A DNA stretch of 64,000 bases, from positions 113,398,001 to 113,462,000 of the forward strand of contig NC_067402.1 in assembly GCF_016432865.1 (NCBI RefSeq). The letters run 5' to 3'. This document shows positions 62,050 through 64,000 of the stretch, piece after piece (position 1 is the first letter of the stretch; each line of letters opens with the position of its first letter). This DNA is from Antechinus flavipes (Eukaryota). Both the position numbers and the translations under genes were made by a program. Below the pieces are notes generated by a model that was not told where the DNA came from, searched no databases, and saw nothing but the letters and a program-made list of their open reading frames with translations.

Positions 62050-64000
62050 AGACCTTGTCAAATAAATTCTCTCCCATTTGTGGGAGCCCCTAAGCACTTC
62101 CCAAGTTGGTAACTTCTTCAGAAGGCAGACGTGGGTAATGGAGACCTCCTCGGGGAGGACCAGTGACCGAGGTAGAGATGCGCGACAGGCTTTAGTTCTT
62201 CCCTGCTGTTTACAGAGTGTTGGAGTCATCGTCTCAAATAGGAAAAAGAACTGTCTGGGGTGTCTCTTGTCCGCAGTGTGCTCCAGCCTGTTTACCTGTA
62301 TCCCCATTTCCCCCTTGTAAATACTCCATTCACATCCGCTAATTGGAGTCTCCCAATATCTTCTTTCCATTTATGAAGGAATCCAAACCTTCGAGATGAC
62401 TTCTTGAAAAGTTGTCCTGGGAACTCCCAGTGACTCTTAGAGTCCATCTCTGCCATCTCCATACCAGGTGTTGAGCCACGCCCTTGCAAGCCACCCTCCC
62501 CAGCACAGGTGCAGGTCATGCCATGAACCTGGGGGCTGATGGCTGGGTTCCCAGATGTCCAAACATTTGAGAATGTAGTGGAACAACTCCCTAGGATTTG
62601 CAAATTGTGTCTTCCCTTTGGTGAAGGTGTTTACTCATCCGTAGCATAGAGTGATTGTTACTGTACGATAACCCAAAGGGTTTATCAGGTTTAAATGGCT
62701 GTCTCCTCCTAGACTCCTTGATGGTAATGCAGTAGAAAATATGGTGACTGGAAATCATCACTTTCCTACACTGGAGCTTCTTTGGGGGGGTGGGGGCAGG
62801 AGGGAGAAGGGGGAAGAGGGAGTTCTATTTCTTTGTCCAAGCCTTCAGCTCTTGTCAGTCTTTGCTTGTATCCTGTGTACCCTTGCACATCCTGCTTCTG
62901 GCCCCAAATATACAGTATTAGCTGAATTGTGTAATCTGTCCAATTCCTTCCTTATTTCTCATTCCTGTGACTGAGCTCTGACTATGGAGTTATGAGAGTA
63001 TTGGTTCTGGCTTAGGCTAGAATTTTAATTCAATATTAACCAAACTGCTAGTTGGTTGACTAATCGATTCTGTTTAGCCTGTCAAGAAGATGACTTGGGT
63101 AAAGGTAAGGGATTCTGAAATATTTATGGCCTGTAAATCTATAGTTTTGAAATGGAAATAATTGTCATGGCAATGTGATTTTTCAAAATCCAAATGAAAA
63201 ATTCTTCTCCTTGCTTTGCTTTGCCTTGACTTTCTTTTTTTTTCTCTTCACAGTCAAGTTCCCCAGGGACACAGCCCTCGAGGGTAAGAGAATCAAATGA
63301 ACAGTTAGACAGTATTTCAGAGAGTCCTGTGAGAAAACAGCTTATTTGAATTAGGGTCTGCTAAAATGTAGCTCTTTGTTTTCATTTCTTAAATGTAGCA
63401 TTTTCCTGGATGTAGGAATCAGACTTTTCTAAGACATTGTGAAGAAGCAGGGGCCAAACCATGCTTGAAAAAAAAAGTTCAAGAATTGTCTTATTGAAAT
63501 TCAGTGGATGTTTCTGCAAAATACTTGTTGCCTAAGACCCTCAGTCAGCCTTTCAGCTGATGCCAAAATGCTCCAGTGTTTATTTCTTCTTTAAGGCACA
63601 GATAGAAAAAGGCTTTTTTTCCCTTCCAGCCCTCTGTACTCTTGAAAAAATCAGTATATCCCAAGCTTAACAAGATTTTTCAGCCATTGGATGTAATTTT
63701 AAGGAAAAAAAAATCTGTTCTGCTGCAGAACTCTGCCATTTGAAAATGGCCTGTCAGGAGTATACTCACCTTCCTGCCCCCATTTTGAAAGTCAATCAAT
63801 GTCTGCTAATAGTTTTGCTCTTTGTTCCCTTTGCTCCTGTGACCCCGTGACACTAGATTATTAGAGACTTTATTATCTGTACATATTTTTTGTCGTAGGT
63901 TAATTGAACCTTTTAGGATTGCTGCATGTTTTAAGTTTCAGATGTATTTAACAGAGTTGAATGTATATTATAAATATTTTTGCATAGATGTAATAGACCT

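Noticed and set aside
61810-62370. 186-aa ATG-initiated antisense ORF over CEP41 exon 11 and 3'UTR
   Set aside because: No recognisable homology or supporting promoter/splice structure; partly explained by GC-rich coding sequence on the other strand
63000-64000. Looked for the 3' end of the expected neighbour CPA1 on the - strand
   Set aside because: No carboxypeptidase-like coding sequence seen; presumably outside the window

Overview
Eukaryotic (marsupial) genomic DNA carrying the COPG2-MEST-CEP41 locus. The L1 3' ends, Mar1-type SINEs and an OC1-like MITE suggest a dasyurid such as the Tasmanian devil; this is inferred from recalled repeat consensuses. The + strand holds the last six coding exons of COPG2 (959-6163). 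The - strand holds MEST coding exons 2-12 (25846 to 7500; 326 aa, alpha/beta-hydrolase motifs HGFP, SHDYG and HYPQ intact), with a CpG-island promoter and probable non-coding exon 1 at about 32.5-33.2 kb. The + strand also holds all 11 coding exons of CEP41 (36605-62049; 383 aa), whose CpG-island promoter has RFX X-box and CCAAT motifs. All exon phases join into open reading frames with GT-AG introns. There are six N-gaps, many old SINE/LINE/hAT relics, and no tRNA, rRNA or CRISPR. I found no wholly new gene system. The best leads are regulatory or structural: a strong-Kozak out-of-frame uORF in the putative MEST exon 1; a promoter island without ZFP57 hexamers; a ~225-bp direct repeat bracketing the only in-frame start exon of MEST; an in-frame 57-nt cassette exon candidate and a 30-nt downstream micro-exon candidate in CEP41; a 12-aa duplication in the CEP41 tail; a U12 intron; back-to-back COPG2/MEST poly(A) signals; and inverted SINEs that could yield a stop-free 450-nt MEST circRNA. 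Exon coordinates were read by hand from the sequence. Repeat boundaries are approximate, and human comparisons are from memory.
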